Shown one piece after another: positions 8,511-17,952 of a stretch of 42,708 nt of DNA. The position numbers and the translations under genes are program-made. Position 1 is the stretch's first letter, and every line of letters starts with the position of its first letter. The DNA is from Verrucomicrobiales bacterium (GTDB lineage Bacteria; Verrucomicrobiota; Verrucomicrobiia; Verrucomicrobiales; V1-33), in assembly GCA_031411295.1 (NCBI GenBank), contig JANOAV010000062.1, positions 1 through 42,708 of the forward strand, given 5' to 3'. The notes under the pieces are model-generated. The model worked only from the letters and a program-made list of their open reading frames with translations, was not told where the DNA came from and searched no databases.

Positions 8511-10148
8511 ATGAAACAAACGACACTAAAATCACTCCTAGTCTTCCGAGGCTCGCAGATTCACGCAAAATATTCGCGACCAGGGTTGCTGGCGCTGCTG
8601 GTCTTCACGGGAATGAACCTGAGTTTTTCCGGAACCTTGCGCGCCGAAGCCCACACCGCCGGCACGCCCGTTTTGAACAGCAGAGCCGGGGCTCCTTTTA
8701 CCATCTACCTCGATTTTGGCGGGTTCCATTACACCGGCATGTGGGCCGAGCATACTCCTGGCGTCTGCGCTCCCTTTGACGATGCGGCCCCCAACGGCAC
8801 CTTCAGCGCCCCCCAGATTGAAAGAATCAAAACGACGTGGGCCATCACAGCCTCCTATTATGCGGCGTTTAACATCAACGTGACGACGATAGATCCTGCC
8901 CCAGCGGGAATGACCGATGCCCAGCGCCAGACCTTTTACCTCGGCAAGCCGAATTTCATGCACACCATCATGACTACGCCTCACCCCGGCGGTGTGCCAG
9001 CTGGCGGGTCATCAGGGCTTGGCACAGTCGTAGGCACCCATAACCCCGCAAACGATCCTGATACCCAGCACACCAACTTCATTCTCTTCGAGGCCGGTTA
9101 TGACGTCGTCGATTTTGGCAATGCCACCGCCCACGAAAATGGACACGCCCTTGGCCTTCCCCATCAGAGCGATTTCATAGGCGGCACCGTAGTCAACGAG
9201 TATTGCCTGGGTGACACCACCATCAGTGGCCCGAATACCGGTCCCGGCAGTTACACCGCGGTCATGGGCGGGCAGAACGGCCAGCAGCGTAAAACCTTCC
9301 GGGCCGGAAGTTCGAACAATTACCAACCCGGGAATTTCTCGAATGACGTGAAGCAAATGCTCTCCAACCAGACCGCCGCCAGGGCAGTGGAAGAGGGACG
9401 CACGGGAGGCGTTGATTTGCATTTGGTGGACGATGGCCACGGCCACACCCTCGCGGCCGCTACCGAGTTGCCCGTTAATGGTGACGGCACGGTGAACTTC
9501 GCCCTCGCCTCCGGTGTCATCATGCCCGCGAGCGAAAGCGACCCAATCCCGCTCGGTGCCGACAACTACACGAAGGATTTTTTCAAGTTCAACCTTGCTA
9601 GCTCCACGACGGTTTCTCTGACGGTCAACAACGGCACGCAGTATCTGACGCCCGGCGTGGCCGATCCGGGGATCACGCTCCGCAGCGTGCTCAAAATCTA
9701 CAACGCTGCCGGTAATGTAATCGCGACTGCCACCGAGGCTCCGAGCACCCTGCTTGCGACCTACAGTGGCACCCTCTCCGCTGGCAACTATTTCGCCAGT
9801 GTCGAAAGCTATGGCGGCCACCAACAAGTCAGCCTGCAGAACCCTACATTCGAGTCGCCCAACAACTATTTCGACATGGGTGGCTATTTCCTTACCGGCA
9901 CGGGCTTCGCCTCCGTTCCGAATCTGAAATTGACGAACTTCTCGTTTAACTTCGCCACCGGTAAACTGAGTCTGACCATTGATTCCGTGTCGGGCAAAAT
10001 GTATCGCGTGAAGAGTTCCCCTGACCTCGTGACTTGGTCTCCGGCGGGAAGCACCTTTACAGCCAGCAGTTCCTCCACATCCACCGTGGTCGATATAGGC
10101 GCGGGCCAGAGAAATTTCTACCGTGTGGAACTGGTCCCGATTCCCTGA
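8511..10148 (+). CDS. Secreted metzincin-type zinc metalloprotease with PPC-like and C-terminal beta domains
   Basis: Signal-like N-terminus; LNSRAGAPFTIYLDFGG; HENGHALGLPH (HExxHxxGxxH); downstream AVMG Met-turn; C-terminal SSPDLVTWS...NFYRVE. Confidence 0.85.
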   Translation: MKQTTLKSLLVFRGSQIHAKYSRPGLLALLVFTGMNLSFSGTLRAEAHTAGTPVLNSRAGAPFTIYLDFGGFHYTGMWAEHTPGVCAPFDDAAPNGTFSAPQIERIKTTWAITASYYAAFNINVTTIDPAPAGMTDAQRQTFYLGKPNFMHTIMTTPHPGGVPAGGSSGLGTVVGTHNPANDPDTQHTNFILFEAGYDVVDFGNATAHENGHALGLPHQSDFIGGTVVNEYCLGDTTISGPNTGPGSYTAVMGGQNGQQRKTFRAGSSNNYQPGNFSNDVKQMLSNQTAARAVEEGRTGGVDLHLVDDGHGHTLAAATELPVNGDGTVNFALASGVIMPASESDPIPLGADNYTKDFFKFNLASSTTVSLTVNNGTQYLTPGVADPGITLRSVLKIYNAAGNVIATATEAPSTLLATYSGTLSAGNYFASVESYGGHQQVSLQNPTFESPNNYFDMGGYFLTGTGFASVPNLKLTNFSFNFATGKLSLTIDSVSGKMYRVKSSPDLVTWSPAGSTFTASSSSTSTVVDIGAGQRNFYRVELVPIP

Positions 10149-10188
10149 AGTTATCACCAGTGCCACTCCATGCGGGCGTGGACCGGAA

Positions 10189-10515
10189 TTAACCGCCCAC
10201 GGCCACGGTTACTGTTTCACTCCAGAGGCCTCCGGTGGTGGCGTCCACGCCGAAGATGCCGCGGTATTCCCATTGGGTGAGCGTGGTGGGTTGGGGGTGT
10301 GTATCGGTGTAGCCGGGCGTGGTGTCGTAGGTCAGGTGGACGAAGCCTTTGCCGTCGCTGCGGTCCACTTCCAGGCGCAGGACATCCAGCCATTTGCTGT
10401 AGCCGTCGAATTTCCACGGGATGTGGACTCCGCCGGGGGTGACGTTGGCGGAGAGGGCGGGGCGTAGGGTGAGGAAGTCCGGCGGGGTCTCTTCCGGCCG
10501 ATGATCCGGAGATCG
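10189..10515 (-). pseudogene. 3' fragment paralog of the 5651-6526 gene
   Basis: Colinear with 5651-5978 apart from a 1-nt deletion near 10497; 5' two-thirds absent. Confidence 0.85.
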
Positions 10516-10563
10516 TTGCGTCGCGCTGAATCTCAGTGGGTTTCCTGGATGTCCCGAAGGGCA

Positions 10564-10644
10564 GCCGCAAAAGAACGCAAGGAACGCAAGGAACGCAAAA
10601 ATCTTAACAAGTTCATTTCTGCGTTCCTTGCGTTCTTTTGCGGC
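10564..10644. repeat. Palindromic element with internal 9-bp tandem units (GGAACGCAA)
   Basis: GCCGCAAAAGAACGCAAGGAACGCA ... TGCGTTCCTTGCGTTCTTTTGCGGC. Confidence 0.75.
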
Positions 10645-10723
10645 AAATGGTTTGAGAAGTGCTTTAATCGCCACGATGGGCACCCAATTGGTGCTGGTGC
10701 GGGACTTCCAAGTTCGCTTGTAT

Positions 10724-10812
10724 CGCCCTTACAGGGCTTTGCTTCATTTGGCAGGAACCCAAGGCTGCGCTAATGCTTGCCTTGGGCTTTGGTGTCCCGT
10801 CCCTTCAGGACT
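10724..10812. repeat. Triple-hairpin REP-like element of the type seen near IS200/IS605-like (Y1) transposases
   Basis: GCCCTTACAGGGC / CCCAAGGC..GCCTTGGG / GTCCCTTCAGGAC hairpins. Confidence 0.55.
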
Positions 10813-10946
10813 GGAGAAAATGCACCGGGGGGTGCCGGACAAAATAGTTACTAGCTTGAAAACAATGGAGGAATCAACGCCCACAGTGGGTTTCTATTGG
10901 CTTGAGATCCTGAATGGACGAAACCACTAAGCCCATTCCATCCCTC

Positions 10947-11180
10947 CATTATTCTGTAACCATTATTTTGTAAAATCCCCATCCACGCCCGAAGACACTG
11001 CGTTACGCGCAAGAAATTCTCTGCCCACCACCATTTGCTTTGCGCTCTCCTGATCTTTCGCGGTGCTCTCTTTTAGCACCACAAAGCTTTGGAGAGCACA
11101 AAGGCTGAACAGCAGGCGACTCATCCCGATCTCTTTGGCCAGCCGATTAAATTCGACAAAATAATGATAACAGAATAATG
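10947..11180. repeat. MITE-like element with 25-bp imperfect terminal inverted repeats
   Basis: CATTATTCTGTAACCATTATTTTGT (10947-10971) vs reverse complement of 11156-11180: 23/25 identical. Confidence 0.6.
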
Positions 11181-11448
11181 CTCGGCATATCCCCAGAAAG
11201 GAGCAGGGACAACGGCTGCGTTGCGATTGGTCTTGGGTTTGATGTCCCTCGGTATCAGGACCGGGAGGTAATGCGGCGGCTGACTATTGTCCTAGGCACG
11301 TCCAATCAAGCCACGGAGAACGCTTCGTGCGGTTTCTCAACTTTTGTCCTGCACCCGCACCCAGGACAGGACTTGATAAAAGATTGACGGGTCAATCGCG
11401 CTCCGCTAGAACCTGTTTTCCCAGCAGAAATTTTCCAAAAAAAACAAC

Positions 11449-12828
11449 ATGAACACCAAATCGAGTAACCAGTTGAACCTAGGCAGGCGGGATTTCATCA
11501 AATTGTCGGCAGCGACAGCAGCGTCGATTCAAATCGTGCCGCGGCATGTGCTGGGTGGCGAGGGGCATGTGCCCCCGAGCGAGAAGATGAATGTGGCGTG
11601 CATCGGGGTTGGCGGGATGCAGGGTGGCTCCGATGTGGGTGGCGTGTCAGGCGAAAACATCTATGCGCTCTGTGATGTGGACGAGACCTTCCTCGCGAAG
11701 GCGGCGGAGAAATTTCCGAAGGCGAAACTTTATCGTGATTTCCGTGAGATGCTCGACAAGGAGCACAAGAATCTGCATGGCGTGACTGTGACGATTCCCG
11801 ATCATATGCACGCGACGGTCTCGTTGTGGGCGATGGAACGGGGACTGGGCGTCCACTGCCAGAAGCCGCTGACTCAGACGGTGTGGGAGGCGCGGCAGGT
11901 GGCCACGGCGGCTCGGAAATACAAAGTGCCGACGCAGATGGGCAATCAGGGTTATTCCGCAGAAGCGACGCGCGTGGCCTGCGAGATGATCTGGCGCGGT
12001 GACATTGGCGAGATCAGCGAGGTCCACGCCATGAGCGGCGGCGGCTTCGCGCGCGGCATAACGGAATGGCCGACGGCAGAGCCGGTGCCTGCAACAATGA
12101 ATTGGGACATCTGGACGGGCCGGGCTGCGGAGAATCCCTACAGCAGCAAGATCGCGCCAGTGAATTGGCGTGGATTTCAGGCTTACGGCACGCAGATGAT
12201 CGGGGACTGGGGCGTGCACATTTGCGGTCCCGCCAACTGGGCGCTGCAACTCGGCAGCCCAGAGAGCGTGGAGTGTGATTACGTCGAAGGCGTGAATCCC
12301 GTGACCTATCCGCACTACTCGGTTAAGATCAATTTCCCTGAGCGGCCCAACAAAAACATCGCTGCGGGCAAGATGCCGCCTGTGACGATCCACTGGTATG
12401 AAGGCAACGCGACGAAGCGCTTCACCCCGCCGACTGGCCTCACTGCCGAAGATTGCAAGAATTCCAACGAAATCTTCGTCGGCTCGAAAGGCTTTCTCGG
12501 CACGAACGGACGTGGTGAGAGCGTGCGGCGGATTCCCGAGTCGGCCATGAAAGATGTCGTAAAGCCCGAGAAACTGATCGAGCGCTCCCCCGGCCACTTC
12601 CAAGACTGGATCCGCGCCTGCAAAGGAGGCCCTGCCGCCTGCTCTGACTTTAGTATTGCTGGCCCCTACGTGGAATGGCTCCTGCTCGGCACCATCGCCT
12701 GGCGCTTCCCCGGAGAGAAACTCTTGTGGGACGGCCCCAATCTCCGCTTCACCAACAACGAAAAAGCCAACGAGTTCATCAAACCCAAATTCCGCAAAGG
12801 CTGGGAACTTCGAGACGTCACGGTGTGA
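11449..12828 (+). CDS. Tat-exported Gfo/Idh/MocA family oxidoreductase
   Basis: GRRDFIK Tat motif; CIGVGG; IPDHMH; HCQKPL; TQMGNQG; GDWGVH. Confidence 0.92.
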   Translation: MNTKSSNQLNLGRRDFIKLSAATAASIQIVPRHVLGGEGHVPPSEKMNVACIGVGGMQGGSDVGGVSGENIYALCDVDETFLAKAAEKFPKAKLYRDFREMLDKEHKNLHGVTVTIPDHMHATVSLWAMERGLGVHCQKPLTQTVWEARQVATAARKYKVPTQMGNQGYSAEATRVACEMIWRGDIGEISEVHAMSGGGFARGITEWPTAEPVPATMNWDIWTGRAAENPYSSKIAPVNWRGFQAYGTQMIGDWGVHICGPANWALQLGSPESVECDYVEGVNPVTYPHYSVKINFPERPNKNIAAGKMPPVTIHWYEGNATKRFTPPTGLTAEDCKNSNEIFVGSKGFLGTNGRGESVRRIPESAMKDVVKPEKLIERSPGHFQDWIRACKGGPAACSDFSIAGPYVEWLLLGTIAWRFPGEKLLWDGPNLRFTNNEKANEFIKPKFRKGWELRDVTV

Positions 12829-12957
12829 GATTCGCTCAAAAGAGTTGGCTGCTGATCCTATCAGAAGGTCGTTTGCCGTTCTGCATTGCTTTCAGCGGAA
12901 CGACCAACGGACTGGACTCCAAGGAACTGATTTTTGCGCTCATTCCAGCCATTCATC

Positions 12958-13518
12958 TTAGGCGTGCCGGTCGAGTTCCCGCCAGATTAGGTTGAGTCCC
13001 CGGAGGCGATAGCGTTTGATGGTGCGGGTGATCTTTGCTCGATCTTGCTCGGGGTTACGTTTGAGCAATTCAATAATGTCTGCCTGTGCCTTGAGCCCAC
13101 CCGCGTAGAGTTTCAAGGCCACCAGTTGGGGGATTGGGATCAGCCGCAGAGGGCTACCGGGGTAGAGGCTCAACTGACTGCTAGCGAAAGCATCCGTGAT
13201 GGCCGCGGGAAATCGATTGGCAAAGCTGACAATTTGCACGAGGCCGAATGATCCACTGATGTCAATGACTCTGCCGAGCGGGTCATCCGCATCAGGTTCA
13301 TGCAATATCGCCTCATACCCAGCATGGGACAAAGCGAGAGTGCATTTCCGCAGTAATCCAATATCGGCATTTACCGCGAGATCAATATCCTGGGTGAACC
13401 GGATGTAGCGATGAGCTGCTAGAGCGATGGCTCCTATCACTAGCGCAGGGGCTCCGTTTTCGGCCAAAAGTGCAGCGACGTGCTCGGCGGTGGCCAAGAG
13501 GTCATTTTGCGGAGGCAT
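12958..13518 (-). CDS. Nucleotidyltransferase (AbiEii/DUF6036-like), putative TA component
   Basis: VIGAIALAAH..RFTQDIDL NTase motif; LVALKLYAG...ADI. Confidence 0.75.
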   Translation of the reverse strand: MPPQNDLLATAEHVAALLAENGAPALVIGAIALAAHRYIRFTQDIDLAVNADIGLLRKCTLALSHAGYEAILHEPDADDPLGRVIDISGSFGLVQIVSFANRFPAAITDAFASSQLSLYPGSPLRLIPIPQLVALKLYAGGLKAQADIIELLKRNPEQDRAKITRTIKRYRLRGLNLIWRELDRHA

Positions 13519-13696
13519 GAGGGTCTTCAGGTGGATGGTCATTGGGCAACCATGCGTGCAGACTGCGCAGAGAGAGTGCGAGTTGCACGCGCTCGTGGAT
13601 ACTCATGTTTTTCACACGCTCGATTTCTGCCTGGAGCGCACCCGCGGCACTAGCGCTGCGTCGGGGTTTGGGAAAGGCTCGCGTTCTCTGTTTCAT
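13502..13696 (-). CDS. Small protein overlapping the NTase gene, putative TA partner
   Basis: EIERVKNMSIHERVQLALSL helix pattern; overlaps the downstream NTase start. Confidence 0.55.
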   Translation of the reverse strand: MKQRTRAFPKPRRSASAAGALQAEIERVKNMSIHERVQLALSLRSLHAWLPNDHPPEDPHASAK

Positions 13697-13921
13697 GGTT
13701 GGCAAACTGGTTTCAACAACCATGGCTGCAAGCAGAATTGATGGATGCCGTTTAGCCTGGAGCTGAGGCATTTAGCATTTGGCCCGCTGCCCAGCCATCA
13801 GGATCATTTTCCGCCTCCCTTGCCATACTCATCGGACAGGCGATCATAAATTTCCCGGGGCTCGACGGAAGGTAAACTAGGAATCTGATTGAACCCCACG
13901 GGAACTCGCGCATGGTCGCGC

Positions 13922-14656
13922 ATGGAAATTTCCCCTGGCACCCTCTACGTCGTGGCCACCCCGATCGGTAATCTGGGTGATCTGACCTTCCGTGCCAAAG
14001 CGGCGTTGGAAGGCGTGGACGTGATTGCCTGCGAAGACACGCGCCATTCGCAACGGTTGCTCGGGCATTACGAAATCCGCAAACCCCTCGTTAGTCTGCA
14101 TCAGCACAATGAAGCGATGCGCTCCGCTCAATTAATTGGTGATCTGCAGAACGGCCGCACCGTGGCCTACATCTCGGATGCTGGGATGCCCGGTATTTCC
14201 GATCCCGGGCAGCGGCTGGTGCAGGCCTGCATTCGCGCGGGAGTGCGTATCGAAGTGCTTCCCGGAGCTTCCGCCGTCACCACCGCCTTGATCGGCAGCG
14301 GCTTGCCAGCCGATGCCTTCCACTTCGGTGGATTCCTCCCAGTGAAATCCGGGCAGCGGGAACGCGCCCTAACGGAAGCCCTGAAGCGGGAGGAAACCAC
14401 GGTCTTTTTCGAGAGCCCACATCGCATCGACGGCACCCTGGCCATGCTCGCCCAGTTGGCCCCGCAGCATCCCATCTGTGTGGCGCGAGAGTTGACGAAG
14501 AAATTCGAAGAATTCCGCCGCGGTTCCGCCGCTGCCGTCGCAGCGCATTTCGCGAAGCATCCCGCCAAGGGCGAAATCTGCCTCGTGCTGGCCGGGAACG
14601 ATCTCCCGAAGTGGGCGCGACCAGAACCGATCACCGAGGAGCTGCCACATGAGTAA
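13922..14656 (+). CDS. rsmI: 16S rRNA (cytidine1402-2'-O)-methyltransferase
   Basis: LYVVATPIGNLGD, ACEDTR, SDAGMPGISDPG, FESPHR, ARELTKKFEE. Confidence 0.97.
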   Translation: MEISPGTLYVVATPIGNLGDLTFRAKAALEGVDVIACEDTRHSQRLLGHYEIRKPLVSLHQHNEAMRSAQLIGDLQNGRTVAYISDAGMPGISDPGQRLVQACIRAGVRIEVLPGASAVTTALIGSGLPADAFHFGGFLPVKSGQRERALTEALKREETTVFFESPHRIDGTLAMLAQLAPQHPICVARELTKKFEEFRRGSAAAVAAHFAKHPAKGEICLVLAGNDLPKWARPEPITEELPHE

Positions 14657-15044
14657 CCCACTGGCCACCGCCGAACTTTCCACCGAGCCCATCGTCCCCG
14701 CTGATGCCAGCGACGGCACGTGGGGCGCGGAGTTGCGTTTCCTGGGGATGGTCCGCGGGCTCGAAGCCGGCCAACCCATCTCGGGCATCACCTACACCGC
14801 TTACGTTCCCATGGCGCAGCAGGTCTTGGATACGATCATCCAGGAAATGCAAACCACGCACGGCCCACACCCCCTGCGCATCCATCATCGCCTGGGATTC
14901 GTGCCCGTGGGCGAGCCTAGCATCATCATCACCACCGCTGGGAAACATAGCGCAGAAACATTCGCTCGGCTGCAAACTTACCTGTATCGTGTGAAGACGG
15001 AGGCGCCCATCTGGAAAGAGTTCGTGCCTCAGGCCGTTCATTAA
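14649..15044 (+). CDS. moaE: Molybdopterin synthase catalytic subunit
   Basis: FLGMVR, YTAYVPMA, HHRLG..PVGE, KTEAPIWKE. Confidence 0.9.
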   Translation: MSNPLATAELSTEPIVPADASDGTWGAELRFLGMVRGLEAGQPISGITYTAYVPMAQQVLDTIIQEMQTTHGPHPLRIHHRLGFVPVGEPSIIITTAGKHSAETFARLQTYLYRVKTEAPIWKEFVPQAVH

Positions 15045-15117
15045 CCCCATGATCAACCTTCATGGCCGCGTGGCAGATTCCATTTGCGCGGAGCCCCTCC
15101 GAACGTAACCAGAAGGT

Positions 15118-16701
15118 ATGATGAACTCCACTGCCCTGCCCTCCTCCTGGTCCCGCTTCCTCGAAAACTACGTCCGTTACGAGTCTCCCGATATTTCCCT
15201 CGATACCAGCCGGATTAATTTCTCTGCCGACTTCTTCAACGCGATGGCTCCCAAAATTTCCTCCGCGTTTGCCGCCATGGTTGAGTTGGAAGCAGGCGCC
15301 ATCGCCAATCCTGACGAAAAACGCATGGTGGGCCACTACTGGCTGCGCAACGCAGAGCTGGCTCCCACCGCCAAGGAGGCCGATCAAGTCCGCTCCGATA
15401 TTGCCAACGCCAAGGCCTTTGCGGCCGAAGTTCATGCCGGATCCATCCACGCCGCCAACGGGCAGAGTTTCACTGACGTGCTAGTCATCGGAATCGGGGG
15501 ATCTGCCTTGGGTCCCCAATTGGTGTCCGATGCGCTCGGAGACGTCTCCGACAAAATGCGGCTGCACACGTTCGACAACACGGACCCCGACGGCATGGAG
15601 CGCGCGCTGCGTCGGTTGGAACCTCAGTTGGCGACGACCCTAACCGTGGTTATTTCCAAAAGCGGTGGCACGCCCGAAACCCGCAATGGCATGCTCATGG
15701 CCAAGGCCGCCTATGAGGCTGCGGGGCTGGATTTTGGAGCCCACGCCGTGGCCGTGACCGGAGTTGGCAGTAAGATGGACGCCTATGCGATTCAACACCA
15801 GTTCATCAAGCGCTTCCCCATGCAGGACTGGGTGGGTGGACGCACCTCCGTGATGCACACCGTGGGCTTGGTGCCCATGACCCTCCAAGGCGTGAAGATT
15901 GATGCCTTCCTGGCAGGAGCCAGGGAAATGGACGACCACACCCGCGTGGCCGACGTGAAGACGAATCAAGCCATGCGGCTCGCACTGGCCTGGTATAGCA
16001 CGGGCCAGGGCAAGGGCATCAAGGACATGGTCGTCCTGCCGTATAAAGACCGCCTTTGCTTGTTCAGTAAATACTTACAACAGTTAGTGATGGAGAGCTT
16101 GGGCAAGGAACTCGATCTGGCAGGCAAGGTGGTCCATCAGGGCATTGCCGTCTATGGCAACAAGGGTTCCACCGACCAGCATGCCTACGTGCAGCAACTC
16201 CGGGATGGGGTGAACAACTTCTTCGCCACCTTCATCGAAGTCCGTTCCGCCACCGCCAGCAGCACGCCATTGGAAGTGGAACTAGGCGTGACTTGTGGCG
16301 ACTATCTCCAAGGCTTCCTGCGCGGCACTCGCGAAGCCCTGGCGGGGAATGGACGGGAGTCCGTCACCATCAGCCTGCCCCGTATCGATGCCTACTATCT
16401 GGGCGCGCTCATCGCCTTGTTTGAACGCACCGTTGGCTTTTACGCTTCCTTGGTAAATATTAACGCCTATCACCAACCCGGCGTGGAAGCTGGCAAGAAG
16501 GCCGCCGCCGATTTTCTGGAACTACTCTCCGCCGTGAAGCAATCCCTCACCACAAGTCCGCAGACCGCCGAGGCCATCGCCACCAGCATCCAGCGCGATC
16601 CCGAGGCCGTGTTTCATTGCTTGAATCATTTGGCGGCAAACCTGCCATCCGTGAAATCCACTCGCGGGGAGACGGCTGCTCACGACCAGTTCAGCGTGTA
16701 A
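15118..16701 (+). CDS. pgi: Glucose-6-phosphate isomerase
   Basis: IGIGGSALGP, SKSGGTPET, DWVGGRTS, QQLVMESLGK, NAYHQPGVEAGK. Confidence 0.97.
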   Translation: MMNSTALPSSWSRFLENYVRYESPDISLDTSRINFSADFFNAMAPKISSAFAAMVELEAGAIANPDEKRMVGHYWLRNAELAPTAKEADQVRSDIANAKAFAAEVHAGSIHAANGQSFTDVLVIGIGGSALGPQLVSDALGDVSDKMRLHTFDNTDPDGMERALRRLEPQLATTLTVVISKSGGTPETRNGMLMAKAAYEAAGLDFGAHAVAVTGVGSKMDAYAIQHQFIKRFPMQDWVGGRTSVMHTVGLVPMTLQGVKIDAFLAGAREMDDHTRVADVKTNQAMRLALAWYSTGQGKGIKDMVVLPYKDRLCLFSKYLQQLVMESLGKELDLAGKVVHQGIAVYGNKGSTDQHAYVQQLRDGVNNFFATFIEVRSATASSTPLEVELGVTCGDYLQGFLRGTREALAGNGRESVTISLPRIDAYYLGALIALFERTVGFYASLVNINAYHQPGVEAGKKAAADFLELLSAVKQSLTTSPQTAEAIATSIQRDPEAVFHCLNHLAANLPSVKSTRGETAAHDQFSV

Positions 16702-16707
16702 TTTCGC

Positions 16708-17298
16708 ATGTGCCCCCCCTTCAGTGCAGTGCTCCTAGCCGGAGGTAAATCCACGCGCATGGGCAAGGATAAAGCTTTCCTGACGCTAAGCGTAACGCAG
16801 GGAAAACCGCTCTGGCAGCATCAGTTAGCGACCCTGGAGCACCTGGGCGCAGAGGAAATCTTCATTAGCGCCAGGCCGGAGCAGACTAGTTTCCATCCCT
16901 ATCCGGTCATCACGGACCTCACCCCTAACGCCGGACCACTGGGCGGAATCGCCAGCGCCCTTTCGCAGATGCGGACCTCTCTGCTGGTGGTGCTGGGAGT
17001 GGACCTCCCACACCTGACCACCGCCATGCTGCAATCGTTATTGGCAGCCAGCACCCATGAGCGTGGCGCCATCTTTCGCGGCCCGGAATTCTACGAACCC
17101 CTCGCAGCCGTCTATCCTAAAGCCATGCTGCCATCTGCCCTCGCTAGGCTCACCGCTGGAAATTTCCGGCTCCAAACATGGGTCGAACAAGCGGTCGAAC
17201 TCGGACAAATAACCCCCATGCCGATTCCAGCGGAAGCAAGCGCGGCCTTCCGCAATCTGAACACGCCCAGCGACTGCGGTCCCGACAGCGGCATTTGA
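16708..17298 (+). CDS. mobA: Molybdenum cofactor guanylyltransferase
   Basis: LAGGKSTRMGKDKA, GPLGGI, VDLP, EPLAAVY, FRNLNTPSD. Confidence 0.92.
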   Translation: MCPPFSAVLLAGGKSTRMGKDKAFLTLSVTQGKPLWQHQLATLEHLGAEEIFISARPEQTSFHPYPVITDLTPNAGPLGGIASALSQMRTSLLVVLGVDLPHLTTAMLQSLLAASTHERGAIFRGPEFYEPLAAVYPKAMLPSALARLTAGNFRLQTWVEQAVELGQITPMPIPAEASAAFRNLNTPSDCGPDSGI

Positions 17299-17429
17299 AA
17301 CGTAGTTAGTTATGGATTTTGGTCCGTAACCACTAAGCGTTGGACCCGGAGCAAGCGCACACCGTTTTGTTGACCCGAACGAGCGTTGCGTTGCTTGATG
17401 GGTGCGGACTAAAGTCCGGCACTACGTTT
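17298..17429. repeat. Degenerate GTAG-type REP doublet
   Basis: AAACGTAGT...GGATTTTGGTCCG and inverted CGGACTAAAGTCCGGCACTACGTTT. Confidence 0.55.
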
Positions 17430-17478
17430 GTAAACACCGATTGCCAATCATGATTTTCAATTCGCACCTAGCATCTCA

Positions 17479-17790
17479 ACGCCAACGGCGTTACGTCCTA
17501 CAGCCCTGTGGTTGCCATCGGGAGATGGCTACCCAGGACTCGGAGGTATTTAGAAAACGAACCGCAACGCGGTTCCGCCGGGAACTTGAGCGCTGGGCTT
17601 ACTCCAAGTTATGTTCAAGATAAGGTGATCCCGGAGGGATCTAAGATAAGATATCGTCTTGAACGAAGTGCTTTCCGCGCGACCGAACGGAACAGGCGGA
17701 ACCGCGTTGCGGTTCATCACTTCCGACGAGATTTCCCAAGGTAGCCTGTGCCGGGCAACCTTGGGCTGAAGGACGAAACGCCTTTGGCGT
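17479..17790. mobile_element. Non-autonomous nested-palindrome element (REPIN/MITE-like)
   Basis: Outer IR 17479-17506 vs 17763-17790 (25/28); inner perfect 21-bp IR 17559-17579 vs 17695-17715. Confidence 0.7.
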
Positions 17791-17825
17791 GAACCGCTTA
17801 CGTTCTGCTGGTGCTGCACAGATGT

Positions 17826-17929
17826 GTATTTTTGAGCGAAGGTGGATCAGGTAGAATGTGGAGTTGCCCGCTGGGCTGCTCTCTTTCCAGATCAGCCCAG
17901 CGGGCTGATCCACATTCGCTCAAAAATAC
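17826..17929. repeat. Long hairpin just downstream of the arsS-like gene
   Basis: GTATTTTTGAGCGAAGGTGGATCAG vs CTGATCCACATTCGCTCAAAAATAC; inner GCCCGCTGGGCTG/CAGCCCAGCGGGC. Confidence 0.65.
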
Positions 17930-17952
17930 CTGTTTCCCAAATGGAAATGGTC

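Noticed and set aside
5651..10515. DGR template/variable repeat pair
   Set aside because: Differences involve all bases and are largely at third codon positions, not adenine-specific; no RT gene
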